Source of the DNA: Schizochytrium sp. TIO01
Lineage: Eukaryota; Protista; Bigyra: Labyrinthulomycetes
Direction: 5' to 3'
Assembly (NCBI GenBank): GCA_004764695.1
Contig: SMSO01000032.1
Location: 3,504,483-3,568,482 of the forward strand
Length of the DNA stretch: 64,000 bases
This document shows positions 52,255 to 62,836 of this stretch, one piece after another. The stretch's first letter is position 1. Each line of letters begins with the position of its first letter. A program made the translations under genes and the position numbers. The notes beneath the pieces were generated by a model, which saw nothing but the letters and a program-made list of their open reading frames with translations, was not told the origin of the DNA and ran no database searches.

Positions 52255-55200
52255 ATGGCCGAGGGCTGGGGCCAGTACGAGGACATTGAGGTCAAGCGTG
52301 CGGCGGCTGAGCGCTCCGCCGCATCCTCATCCTCAGCTGCTGCCGGTGGCAAGCTCCATAATAAGAGCGACAGTAACAGCAGCGACAGCAAGAGCGACGT
52401 CAAGAAGGCCAAGGACGAGGAGGCGGAGAATGGAAACGACGATAGCAACCAACAAGAAAAAAAGCAAATGGCGCGCCCGCAGACTGACGGCGCCGACGCC
52501 GCCACTGCTGCTGCTGCTGTCGTCGTCGTCGGCAAGGACGAGCGCAAGACTTGTTCTGATTCCGCCGCCTCAGAAACCCAGCAGGTAAATAACGACAATG
52601 ATAAGCAACAACACGAAATGTTGCTTGGAAACGACGACGCCGAGGAGAAGACACAAAAGGAGAAGACTCAAGTCAGCGGAGATGACGAGCACAACGACAT
52701 GGATTCTTACTCCTCTTCGTTTGCTACGGAAAGGTGCTACCCTGGAGAGGACACTGAAGAAAGGACCGCCTCAAGAGTGACTGGGGCGGTCAATGGCAAC
52801 CAAGAAGAAGAAGTTGATGAGGACCAGGAGAAAGAAATCTCCGTCGAAGACTTCTTCAGAGAAGTCGAGGCAGAATCTGGAGACGATGTCATTGTAGAGG
52901 GCCTCCCGATTCCGCAGCCCAGAATCCGAGGCTTGAGCCACGACAGCAATGAGCACGCAGCGCCCTATGACAACAAGGGTGACTCTTCCTCAGACGATAA
53001 CAGGTCCAAGGCATCAGATAACGCCTCCGTGGCCACCACTTTCTCTCACATTCTCTCCCAGGCTCAGCTCGGACCGGTTATTCCCACAGACTCTTTGCTG
53101 CGAGGCCCCGTAAACCGTATTGATGTTCGACCAAGTCCATCTTGCCCAAACTTTGGGTCACTCGAAGCTGCCCACAAACGTGTATACGACTCTGGACTCA
53201 CCTTCAGTGAGGCCAAGGGCCAATTGTGGAACCTCCGCAAAACAGGCTACCTCATGAAGCGAGGATTTCGTTATCGCAAACTTTGGAACCGCCGCTACAT
53301 TGTACTCTCAGGCCGCATGCTCAAATATTTCGATCGCCCCCCTCGCGATGACGTTGCGGCCTCTGTCCCTCGTGGTAAACTCGAACTCACGAAACATACC
53401 ATTGTCCAGGCCAGCAAAGATCCTGAAGATGGACCCTTCGCATTCCACGTTCTTTCTCTCGAGGCCCAAATCAGACTCCGTATGGTCTCTGACCCTCAAA
53501 AGGCAAAGGCTGTGGTTGCTGCCGCCGAACAAAGAAAGGAAGGCGATGCCAAACGTGCTGCTGCCGAAGCCTCAGCCTCATCCAACGCTGGCTCGTCGTC
53601 TTCGCACGGATGGGGCTTTGGAAGCTGGTTTGGGGGTGACGACTTGGATTCGAGTGCCCATCGTGAGAAAAACCGTAACTCCGCTTCTACGTGGAGGTTC
53701 CAAGCCACCAGCGAGAAAGAACGCAGATCCTGGATGACCGCCATTCAACGTGCCATTAACCTCATTCGCCGTGTCGAAGTCGCCCCGACTCTTAGTGGAG
53801 TCGGATCTGTACATTACCATTATCAAATGGGCGATAAAATTGGAACTGGCCGCTTTGGCGATGTTTACAACGCCGTGGCTACCATGACCGGCCGCGAATA
53901 TGCCATCAAGGTCGTCGATAAAGAGAAGCGTGTAAAGACTAAAGAGGCCGCTCTCTTGCTCCGCAGCGAAATTAAAGCTATGCGCCGTGTAACTCGCGAA
54001 CTCGACCACTCCAACATTTGCAAGCTCTTTCAAGCCTACGAAGACCCATACATGGTTTATCTTGTCCTCGAAAAACTTGACGGAGGAGATCTCTTCGAGC
54101 ACATTGCTGAATGCGTTGCAGCTGAGGATTACACTGAGGCCTATGTGGCAGGTCTTATCAAGCAAATCGCTGGAGCGCTCCAGGAGCTTCACAGCGCTTG
54201 CGTTGTTCTTTGCGACCTGCGCCCAGAAAACCTTCTCTTTACCGATGCCACCTCCAATACCGTTAAGGTGATCGAGTTCGGTCGTGCTCTTGTCTTGGGA
54301 GGCAATGGTCGCTCCATGGGCGCTAGGTCTGGTTCCGACGAATCAAACGCCAGTAAGGCCATTAGGCAACCCTCGAGTGGAGGCTATGTCCAAGCTGATC
54401 GACATGTTAGCGACGATAGCATCCACTCCACAGGAGCAGCTGTTGGCGGTGCAGGTGCAAATCTACGCAACAATGGAGACAACAGCTCCACCTCGAATGG
54501 TGCTGCCGCTACTTACACCCAAGGCATGGTCAACAAGAATAACGGCCCCGCGTCTAGTAAGAGGGAAGCCGCCAAGAAGGCTGCATTGCGCCGTCTTCCT
54601 CTCAGCGGCATGTCACCGTACTTGTCCCCTGAAATAATCTCTTTTGGCAAACCGAACCGCAGTGCTGATATCTGGGCTCTTGGGTGTATTCTTTTTGCAC
54701 TTTTGGTCGGTCATCCCCCCTTTGGAGGCAAGTCACATGCTGAGCTCTTCAAGTCCATCTCGGGCGGTCTTCAAGCCGAAAACCTCAACATTCAAGATTG
54801 GGGCCGCGTATCCGGTCCTGCCAAGGTTTTGTTGGGCTCCATGCTTCAGCTCGACCCTAGCAAGCGTATCACTGCTGCCCAGATCCTTCAGCACGAATGG
54901 ATTAAAAACCCTAGCGATAATGTCCTCGGGGAGACTCATGAGCGGATCAAGTCCTTCCAAGAGCAGCGCAAGGCTGTGCCAACCCATAGACCCCGCCTCC
55001 GCTCCAAGACCCCTGACAATGCCTCTGTTCGTGGTCATGCGAGTATGGAATTCACTTCCACCAGTGCTGCTTCATCTACCGCCTCCTTCGCCTCTGCTTA
55101 TTCTGGTCGTCCTGCTACGGCAATTTCATCAATTCCAGCAAACAGTAATAACAATCGCAACAACAGTAATCTATCGCCAACGAACAGGCCTGGCAAGTTG

Positions 55201-55449
55201 CGCCCTCAGCAAAGCGCCGAGATTCTGGCACTTGATGTCCGCGCCGAGAAGGTTCGCGAGCACTTTGGTGTGCCGCGTAAAGCGCAGATTCGCTCACCTG
55301 GCGCCTTTGAGAACTCTCAAGCAAATTTTGCACCCCCTGGTCGCTTCTTGAACGACCTTGAAGGCCAGATGCGCCTCGTCCGTGAAATGGAGGAGCAACG
55401 CCTGCGTGTTTCAAATCCTCATTATGACCATGCATCACGAGGCGCATGA
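52255..55449 (+). CDS. PH-domain plus CAMK-group kinase-fold protein with degenerate catalytic motifs, 1064 aa
   Basis: PH: KTGYLMKRGFRYRKLWNRRYIVLSGRMLKYF...WRFQATSEKERRSWMTAI. Kinase: IGTGRFGDV, YAIKVV, HSNICKL, LEKLDGGDLFEHI, LCDLRPEN, IEFG, YLSPE, ADIWALGCILFALLVGHPPF, KRITAAQILQHEWI. Confidence 0.93.
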   Translation: MAEGWGQYEDIEVKRAAAERSAASSSSAAAGGKLHNKSDSNSSDSKSDVKKAKDEEAENGNDDSNQQEKKQMARPQTDGADAATAAAAVVVVGKDERKTCSDSAASETQQVNNDNDKQQHEMLLGNDDAEEKTQKEKTQVSGDDEHNDMDSYSSSFATERCYPGEDTEERTASRVTGAVNGNQEEEVDEDQEKEISVEDFFREVEAESGDDVIVEGLPIPQPRIRGLSHDSNEHAAPYDNKGDSSSDDNRSKASDNASVATTFSHILSQAQLGPVIPTDSLLRGPVNRIDVRPSPSCPNFGSLEAAHKRVYDSGLTFSEAKGQLWNLRKTGYLMKRGFRYRKLWNRRYIVLSGRMLKYFDRPPRDDVAASVPRGKLELTKHTIVQASKDPEDGPFAFHVLSLEAQIRLRMVSDPQKAKAVVAAAEQRKEGDAKRAAAEASASSNAGSSSSHGWGFGSWFGGDDLDSSAHREKNRNSASTWRFQATSEKERRSWMTAIQRAINLIRRVEVAPTLSGVGSVHYHYQMGDKIGTGRFGDVYNAVATMTGREYAIKVVDKEKRVKTKEAALLLRSEIKAMRRVTRELDHSNICKLFQAYEDPYMVYLVLEKLDGGDLFEHIAECVAAEDYTEAYVAGLIKQIAGALQELHSACVVLCDLRPENLLFTDATSNTVKVIEFGRALVLGGNGRSMGARSGSDESNASKAIRQPSSGGYVQADRHVSDDSIHSTGAAVGGAGANLRNNGDNSSTSNGAAATYTQGMVNKNNGPASSKREAAKKAALRRLPLSGMSPYLSPEIISFGKPNRSADIWALGCILFALLVGHPPFGGKSHAELFKSISGGLQAENLNIQDWGRVSGPAKVLLGSMLQLDPSKRITAAQILQHEWIKNPSDNVLGETHERIKSFQEQRKAVPTHRPRLRSKTPDNASVRGHASMEFTSTSAASSTASFASAYSGRPATAISSIPANSNNNRNNSNLSPTNRPGKLRPQQSAEILALDVRAEKVREHFGVPRKAQIRSPGAFENSQANFAPPGRFLNDLEGQMRLVREMEEQRLRVSNPHYDHASRGA

Positions 55450-55459
55450 GCAAATGAAA

Positions 55460-55870
55460 GTCCCATGTGCCCTTTATGCTTATATTCAAGAGACCCAACC
55501 AAATTCGTTCATACCTTATTCACACTTACAATTATCATACTATGCACTGTATATGTACCCTATGCAGAAGTAGTATCATAGCGACTCTCGCGACTGCGGC
55601 GAGCCTATGTTTTAATAAATCAAAAGTCTGCTTGGCTGCCGCCAAGGTTAGTGAAGCTCATTTCTATCACAGTCAGTAAATTTTGTTTTTCCCCTCTCTA
55701 TTTTTTATTCTTTTTCTTCGTTCATTAGTTGAAATCAGGACAAGCACTTAGAAATATATATCATAGGTAGGTTTATATTGCTACTTCCGTAAATAACAAA
55801 ATACTCATGGTGCTCGCTGATTTCTTGAGACAAATGCAAAATTTGAAATTAAAGTTGTATTCGTATTTCT
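55460..55870 (+). pseudogene. Short decayed LRR fragment in the 3' region of the kinase gene
   Basis: SLCFNKS, AKVSEAHFYHSQ, VNNKILMVLADFLRQMQNLKL (55789-55851) in typical-LRR register. Confidence 0.5.
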
Positions 55871-56134
55871 GATTCGAAGTTCACAAATCATGAATGTGCA
55901 CGTGGGTATGATTGCACAATATTCCTGGCCAATCAACACAATTTATACAACCAGCAAAAACAGAAAAAAAGAAAACCGTGCGGTAATATCTTATAAGGAG
56001 AAAAAACGAGCATAATCAGTCACAAAGATTATCATGAGAAGGAGATAGAAAGCAGTGGAAAACGAAACGAGTTCGTATAATCAGGCATCAAACTTGATAG
56101 GAGGAAAGGTGAACGAATGTGGAAAGAAGACCTT

Positions 56135-57738
56135 TTAGTTCTGGCGGGTCGGTGATAACACAAAGACAGAAGCCTCGCGCCGAGCAGCAAGCTCAGACTC
56201 GGATACTACAGGAGCAGGCATGATTCTCAGCGAGCTTCGACCAAATGATCGTGAAGATCCATTCTCATTTGATCCATTTTTTGTAGTGTTATCTAAGGGG
56301 GGGTTATTGGCGATATCAAGAGATCCCTTGCGCTTAAAAGATGTAGCGCGATGAATTTCTTTGGACTCAACTTCTTCGCCCTCGTCTTCCTCATTTTCTT
56401 TCTGGGTGGAAGTTGCACCTTTGTCCTTGATGGCCTCAGCATCGTCATTCATTACAACCACTGTCGGGATAGCACCATTAGCCTCTCCGTGCTGACGATC
56501 ACCATTCAACACAGGTGCACTGAGGTCATCGTCCTGATAGTCTACTTCAATCGCGACGCGGCGGCTACTTTCTCCGCCTGCGTCAACACGGGCGTAACCG
56601 GAACTAGCATTAGGGGAGCACACGTCGACATCTGAGCCTTGTCGCATCGCGCCACTCGGGTCTTGGCGAATACTCTCCAGGACACTGCGAGACACACTAA
56701 TGTCGGGTCTTCCTGGAATGTCAATGTCGTACCCAAAAATCTCAAAGTCTTTGTGGTACATTTCGTAAGTAAGATCCATTGTCTCTTGAGTAAAGTAACG
56801 CTGCCATGCAACCTTTCGAGATCGCTTGTTCGCATGCGGAATACCTGTCATTGCACGCTGAATGGGCTCAGGAACATTTGAGCCCTCCCAGTCCGTTGCG
56901 ACAAGATTTTTTAAGTGCTCTTGCTTAATTACGCAAGACACGATTTGCTCTCCGTTTTTATGTGTATACTCAAACATGGGAAGGACGTGGCAATAAACAT
57001 ACTTGCATTCTGTAGTGTTGCGTCCAATATAGGTATGCCAGTATTCGTGGTGGAAGGCGCGCACAAAGTGTGAAAATGACTCAAATGGTCGCTTATTGTA
57101 CTCGTACATGGATACCATACGACTATATGGGTTCCGAACGATGGAGAATGAGCACCGGCGCACCTGCTCTGGGGTCACATAATTATACTTAATTGCGCGA
57201 TTTGCTGTGAAGTGAAATAAGTAGCCCTTGTCATTCGTGCCAGTCATGTACCTGGTTTCACCTCCGAAGCCGCAGAGAACCTTGGATTGGAATAGCATGA
57301 GAAGCCAGCGTAGAGTATTGTTGCGCATTGTGATTGGTGCTGTCCAAATGAATGTTGACATTGTGAATGTGAGGCTTGCCGTCGTCCACATTACGTAAGG
57401 TGCTGGAGGAATCGGCGTCATGAAAAAGTAAATGAAGATCGCAATTGTGATCTGCGTCATTGCCAGCAAGTTCTCCCATCTATTTTTTTTAATTTTCATC
57501 CAGGTTAAAATTCATCCTTAAATCATTCATCATGATGATAAAGTGGTAATACACCGCATGGTCCACCACAATAGATTGCAAAACACCCAATAACGTCGTT
57601 AGTCATCATCATCAACATCATCTTTACAAATATGTTTATCCTTCCTTGCATGAGCAAAACGAGGAGCAGGAGTGAAATCAAGCAAGCATCGTCTCAAGTC
57701 CTCGTCTACATTTCATGCATTCCCTTAAGCCAAACTGT

Positions 57739-57770
<32 letters not shown>

Positions 57771-58136
57771 GTTCTGCAAGTAACTCAACAAAAGACCATC
57801 GCACGAGGCCTGGTGAAGCTGAGACCATCATTGTGCAAATTGACCCAGCCTGTCACAATGCCACTCAATTTATGGCGATCTTCATCTGAGCCTGGGCGCC
57901 GTGCTCGCATGAACTGAGTCCAAGAGGCCACCTCTTTCAAAAACGTACGTGAAAATGGGAAAGTTCGACTGCTCGAGAAGCCAGTACCTATAGTAATAGT
58001 ATACAAGTCCAAACTTGAAGTACGGGTTCATGCCCTGGCGAGCCTTGTAGCCCACGCGATGGTGTTTCGTGATACTAGTGCCTCCACATCGCGGCACGTG
58101 GAAGAAAAGCACCTCGTCCATCACGAGCCATGGCAT
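56135..58136 (-). CDS. Sulfotransfer_2 (carbohydrate sulfotransferase-like) protein, two exons join(58136..57949,57479..56135), 510 aa
   Basis: Exon 1 has the 5'-PSB-like FFHVPRCGGTSI; exon 2 has the 3'-PB-like FSIVRNPYSRMVSMY and the C-terminal YHKDFEIFGY. AC|GTACGT...AATAG|A joins in frame (FPIFT-WENLL); 1533 nt total. Confidence 0.88.
57480..57948 (-). other. 469-nt GT-AG intron of the sulfotransferase gene containing decayed LRR sequence
   Basis: Donor GTACGT at 57948, TTTAAC branch-like site, acceptor TAG ending 57480. Internal WVNLHNDGLSFTRPRAM, SYLQNLACL, DLRRCLLDF, RFAHARKDKHI. Confidence 0.8.
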
Positions 58137-58559
58137 CGTGACCTCTGTCTCGGCGCCAGGCGGCAGCCGGGATGAGCTTTCGCAAGTTGTTTAGTTTATG
58201 TTGTTTTATTTTGTTTCTCCACGTTTCCTTCTCTCTTTCTCTTCTTCCTTTCTCTCTCGTTCAACTTGAATGAACTCAGCGACTAATCAATTCCCTGATT
58301 TACTCTTCGACGAAGTGTTCTCGGGTCCCTCCACGCCGACGCCTCAAAGTGCCGCCAAACGAGTTAGGAACGACCTGAGCGTCGCGACTCCAAGGACGAC
58401 GCCAAAGTCAGCTTTGAGCTGCTCAATCAGCATATACTGAGCGGCTTTTTGGCTCTGTCTTCTTCGTTTCTTCTGTCTTCTCTTGTGCTCTTTTCAATTC
58501 ATGAAAATAATTTTTTATTGTAAAAATAAATTAAAATTATAATAGTAATAGCAATCGCT

Positions 58560-59590
58560 ATAAGCATTGTTACCTGTTTGATTGTGGAGTAGGCGCTGCA
58601 AGTTTTATTCTGTAGGTCAGTTTTTGTAGAGTTTGTGGCTCTCATCGTGAATCGCCGCACCTTCGTTGGCCTCTTGGGGTTTTCAGGCGTGGTATTTTGG
58701 ATTCTTAGAGCCTTAGGTCAACAGGTTCAACTTGGCCTGGGACATGATACTCGTATCGTGCGATTTCTGTCGCACTGCCTTCCACGGCCTCAGAGCTCTG
58801 CGTCGCTTTGCTCCACTGTAGAGATAACTATGTTCTACTTTCAGGGATCTATAACTCACTTAAAGGCAAGCGCTGCAAGTGGGTTATAGCTCCTCTATAA
58901 GCGCTTGCCTTTTGTTGCACGCACAGATCCGTTACGGCAGACGAAACGCATGTACGCTGGAGACGACGAAGAGACAAGAATGCGGTACGCCTGCCGTTTG
59001 CTACCTTGCACCACGGAAAAGGCTGGCTGATTTGCTGTCTTGAGGGGATGCGTGCGAGCCCCTGGAGGATAATGTTTGGGTTCGCGAGAAGGCCGCGGGT
59101 AGGCTTGCTTGCCCTGTTTGCAGTGCCGGAAGAGTGAGAGTTCCAAGATCAAGGAGTCGTCGCATGGGGCAGCGCAGGTGTAATGATTTGTAACAGCAGC
59201 CACACAATAGCATGTGCTGTATCCAGGAGGGAGTACTCTCAATAAATCTGTTTGTTTACCGGTACTCCAGAACAGTGCTGGCACTTGCTATTGAACTCAA
59301 TGTTCGCCGAACTATGAGTCAGCGATGGCGCTAAAGCTAATTCGTACGTCAGGTACAACAAGTTGCTAGCTGCTCCGCACATGAACCTGCCTTCGCACCG
59401 ATGACTGCACGCACACATGTTCGATAGTGTTGAGTGAGTGAGCAGACGTCGATGCGTTTCTGAAATTAGAGCAGAAAGCTGTGCGGTGTGTGTTAAGGGA
59501 ACAATCAAGGTACTGCAGAATGGTTGTATGAAAAGTTCAGGTATAGAGAAGACAGCTACATTGTAAGGCACGTGTATCGGGGTTAAAGGA
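58560..59590 (-). pseudogene. Decayed typical-class LRR block upstream of the sulfotransferase gene
   Basis: IHVPYNVAVFSIPELF, ASNLLYLT, APSLTH..IEFNS, DLLRVLPPGY, LELSLFRHCKQ, SYNPL, THLQRLPLS, KALRIQN, TKVRRFTM, QTLQKLT. Confidence 0.55.
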
Positions 59591-59599
59591 AAGCTCAAG

Positions 59600-60409
59600 A
59601 TGGCACATGAACTCGCCGGAGCACGTGCCCTTGAGGAGTATCGACTTGATGCAATTGTAAAGAAGCTGCGCGATGAGAAGGATCTAGTACACCGGCGCCT
59701 CGTAGGCGAAGAGGAGTTCGAGCGCGCGACGCTGGATAAAGTCAGGGTTCGGGCAGATGAGCGCTCTGCGATTGAGCGCAAGCATTTGAAATCACGCATT
59801 GAAGAGTTACAGCAAGAACTCGACAAGGAGAGAAAAGCTCGTCGATCTGCAGAACTGATGCTCTCGCAAGTCAAACAACGGTTAGGGACTCTTGAGGAGA
59901 ACAAGAGCAAACATGTTCATTCACGAATCGACGCAGAACTCAACCTGAAGAAGGAAAAGGAGACGCGAGAAAAAGTCGCCTCCCGCAAGCGTGAGGTGGA
60001 GGAGCGTTTTCTCAGACTTTTGCAAGCCTACCGAGACCTTGTGCAAGCGTATAACCAACTGAAGCAAAAATATGTAGACCTAAAAGAATCCAAAAATCTC
60101 ACTACAAGAGACAAGATTCGAATTTCAATGCAGAAAGTCCGAGATTTGTTCACCCAAGCTGAGGAGGACGACCCAGATCGCCTGCCTCCTATTGTGGCTA
60201 ATGCATATAATCAATATCACGTTTCAGGAGAAGACGAAGGCGAAGCCGATGATGATGAAGATGATGAGGAGGAGGACTCTTCCGATGCTGCTGCAATGTG
60301 TGATTTCTGCGGAGAAGGTGGTGTTTGCAAAGGCTTCCAGTGCGCCCCGAACACCACTGATATTTGTATCTGCGGGCACGAACGCGACGCGCATGATTTT
60401 ATTACGTGA
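59600..60409 (+). CDS. Coiled-coil protein with acidic linker and C-terminal Cys/His putative zinc-binding motif, 269 aa
   Basis: ATG in AAGATGG context; long E/K/R/L heptad region; tail CDFC..VCKGF......CICGHERDAH. Confidence 0.85.
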   Translation: MAHELAGARALEEYRLDAIVKKLRDEKDLVHRRLVGEEEFERATLDKVRVRADERSAIERKHLKSRIEELQQELDKERKARRSAELMLSQVKQRLGTLEENKSKHVHSRIDAELNLKKEKETREKVASRKREVEERFLRLLQAYRDLVQAYNQLKQKYVDLKESKNLTTRDKIRISMQKVRDLFTQAEEDDPDRLPPIVANAYNQYHVSGEDEGEADDDEDDEEEDSSDAAAMCDFCGEGGVCKGFQCAPNTTDICICGHERDAHDFIT

Positions 60410-60703
60410 AGAAAGTTTCACGAGTAACACCAAGTACAAATGATCATTTAAAAAAAAGTTGTATTTATTTATAGTGCAAAAGATCGTGTGCATCTTTTCT
60501 TAAATTCATATTCATATTTTTCCATCTTTGGGGAGAGGAAGGAGAACTAAATACGAGTGAATACATGAGACGTCAGTACAGGTTATGTCAGAGATCTCGA
60601 AGTCCTATATGGCGCTTTTCGTTCGAAAGATCTTTTTTGAATCCTTGTTTGACCGGATCCTAAATTAAGGTTTCTGGTTTATAATGTCAACAAATGGATC
60701 ATT

Positions 60704-62302
60704 TCACAAAGATATCGATCCTTCGTTGAGATTGACTTTAATATGCTTTTCTATTTTTGTTCGGCACATTGGGCATTTTCTTTGGACAAGGTTCTTCATA
60801 CAAGGTAGACACATGCACATGTGGTTGCAAGGTGAGCAAACAACTGACCGCGGTCGATCTTGGCAAATAATGCATCTCACCGTGTCAATCAAACCTGAGA
60901 GTTGATCAGTCATTCGTAAATCCTTTTCGCGTCTCACAAGGCGTGCAGTATGCAACAGCGTGGCCATAAGCTGTTGAAGTTCATCTCCGTCTACACTCGC
61001 ATTTAGTTCACTTGCAGTTCCACGAAAGCGCTTCAACTGAGCCTCGCAAAGCTCGCCTTCCTCAAGTGTAGATTGTAGATTGTCCTGAAGGCGAGCAGTA
61101 TCTTTGGAAATCTTGTTCATTTGAAACTCCCATGTACTTCTAGCAAGGTTCTTAATGCCTTCTTCCTCTGCGAGCTGCTCTTTAAGAACTCTCAAGGTTG
61201 CCGCACATGCGCCATCCGTTCGCTTACTTTGCACGGCCCACTCTGCGTCAAAACCGTCGATGAACCCAGCTGTCATTTCACTCAATGAGGCATTTCGTTC
61301 TCGCTCAGCAGCTTGCAACAAGGCGTCATCCTGAGCTCGAAAGGCAGTTTCAGTGAGCTTGGGTGTAACTGGAGGCGGGGTCTGCACCGGAGTGTCTCGC
61401 GAACTTTCATCTCGCATGTCTCGCATGGTAATTTCACTGAGTTCGTCTCGAGTTGCATTGCTATTTTCCCCAGTACTTTGTCTATCAATGCTTTCTTGGC
61501 TCATGCGACTGTTTTGATCATTTCCACCGTATTGCCATTCATTCCTTGAGCAAACAGAGAACTGGCTAAACGCCCCATGCGAGTCTAGCGAGAGGTCTGG
61601 AGGATTTTCAAAGCTTGAGGCACCTTCTACGAATCTCCGAGGCCGAGATCGATCATGTGAAATGGTATCTACCTCCGAAGGTCCTAAGGATCCTTCCCCA
61701 GAAGCACTCAAGGCAGATCGTTTGCAACGAGAAACATCAACCCCGCTTGTTATCTTGTTTGTGGTTGCAGGTTGGCCTCGAAATGAATTTCGAAGTTCGG
61801 CAGATGCTCCATGAGAGATGGTCCCACGTTTTACTACCTGGTTCATCTGAAATTTATTTGGCAAAAGTTGTCTTCTCAGACTTGGATTGCCCATGCTACG
61901 ATTGCTCGTGGCACCAAATGCGTTGATATTGTTAATGCTGCTGTTGCTCAAACTTCCATTGCCGCCATCTCTTATTAGATTCACCTCTAGGTCACTTCGG
62001 CTATGATTGCTACTTTTCTTGATACTGTATGGTGAGACTGGACTTTTGCCAGGGCCTTTGCTATGGTGTCCACTGCTGCTAAGCATTCCATTGTTTATGT
62101 TGTTGTTTATATTGTTGTTGTTGTTGTTGTCGTGGTGGTGCTGGTGGTTGTTATTGACGCCGTTGCTGCTGCTGCTGCTGCCGCTACCGCCGTTGTTGCA
62201 TGCTAGACGTACGCTGGTTGATGTGTCTGAGCTTTTCCGGCTTGCGGTCGACTCAGCATTCTTTTTCTGGGCCTCGAGGGCCATCTTTTTGCCTCGCGAC
62301 AT
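60704..62302 (-). CDS. C3HC4 RING-finger protein (putative E3 ligase) with N/S/H-rich N-terminus and coiled coil, ~532 aa
   Basis: First ATG 62302 (the track starts at TTG 62329); C-terminal CIICQDRPRSVVCSPCNHMCMCLPCMKNLVQRKCPMCR. Confidence 0.9.
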   Translation of the reverse strand: MSRGKKMALEAQKKNAESTASRKSSDTSTSVRLACNNGGSGSSSSSNGVNNNHQHHHDNNNNNNINNNINNGMLSSSGHHSKGPGKSPVSPYSIKKSSNHSRSDLEVNLIRDGGNGSLSNSSINNINAFGATSNRSMGNPSLRRQLLPNKFQMNQVVKRGTISHGASAELRNSFRGQPATTNKITSGVDVSRCKRSALSASGEGSLGPSEVDTISHDRSRPRRFVEGASSFENPPDLSLDSHGAFSQFSVCSRNEWQYGGNDQNSRMSQESIDRQSTGENSNATRDELSEITMRDMRDESSRDTPVQTPPPVTPKLTETAFRAQDDALLQAAERERNASLSEMTAGFIDGFDAEWAVQSKRTDGACAATLRVLKEQLAEEEGIKNLARSTWEFQMNKISKDTARLQDNLQSTLEEGELCEAQLKRFRGTASELNASVDGDELQQLMATLLHTARLVRREKDLRMTDQLSGLIDTVRCIICQDRPRSVVCSPCNHMCMCLPCMKNLVQRKCPMCRTKIEKHIKVNLNEGSISL

Positions 62303-62836
62303 CTTAGAAACCTGAGCTCCACACAGCAATGGGAGAACTGGTCTGCACGCACAAGTTGGCAGGAGCAGAATCGCCCAAACTCGGAGTGGTGGTTGAGTTG
62401 TAAAAAAAGTTTTAGGTATTTAAAAAAAGAAAAAGAAAAAAGAAAAAAAGTTAATTTACCAAAAATATTATTTATTTTATTTTATATTAAAAAACTATAC
62501 GTCTACAACGATTGCAATTCTATCAAACTATTCTACCTCTTTTTATGGGTCTTGGCAACACACATTTCATGGTCAATTTATTTTAAAGTTGACGGTTCGA
62601 GATCTCTTTTAGCGCTACAGTGCATGCAAACTAAAAAAGTGCTTAATCCTTAGTACTATAGTACCAAAGTTCGAAATGTGTCTATCATTCCAAGCAAAGT
62701 TATGGTAAGTGTATTCTGAAAGGTGAAACAAGATAAGTCTTGAGGTAATACGAATAAAAGCTACGCAAACCTTGATTACTAGCTTGCAGGCTCATTCAAT
62801 TCTTATAGAATAAATTACATTATTAAATTGTGAATT

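Noticed and set aside
54013-54066. LRR-like peptide DKINHVWVFVGLKELANV on the strand opposite the kinase
   Set aside because: It is the antisense of a real CDS, so a chance match. Recorded as a warning that single LRR-like motifs arise by accident and that the main finding needs statistical controls.
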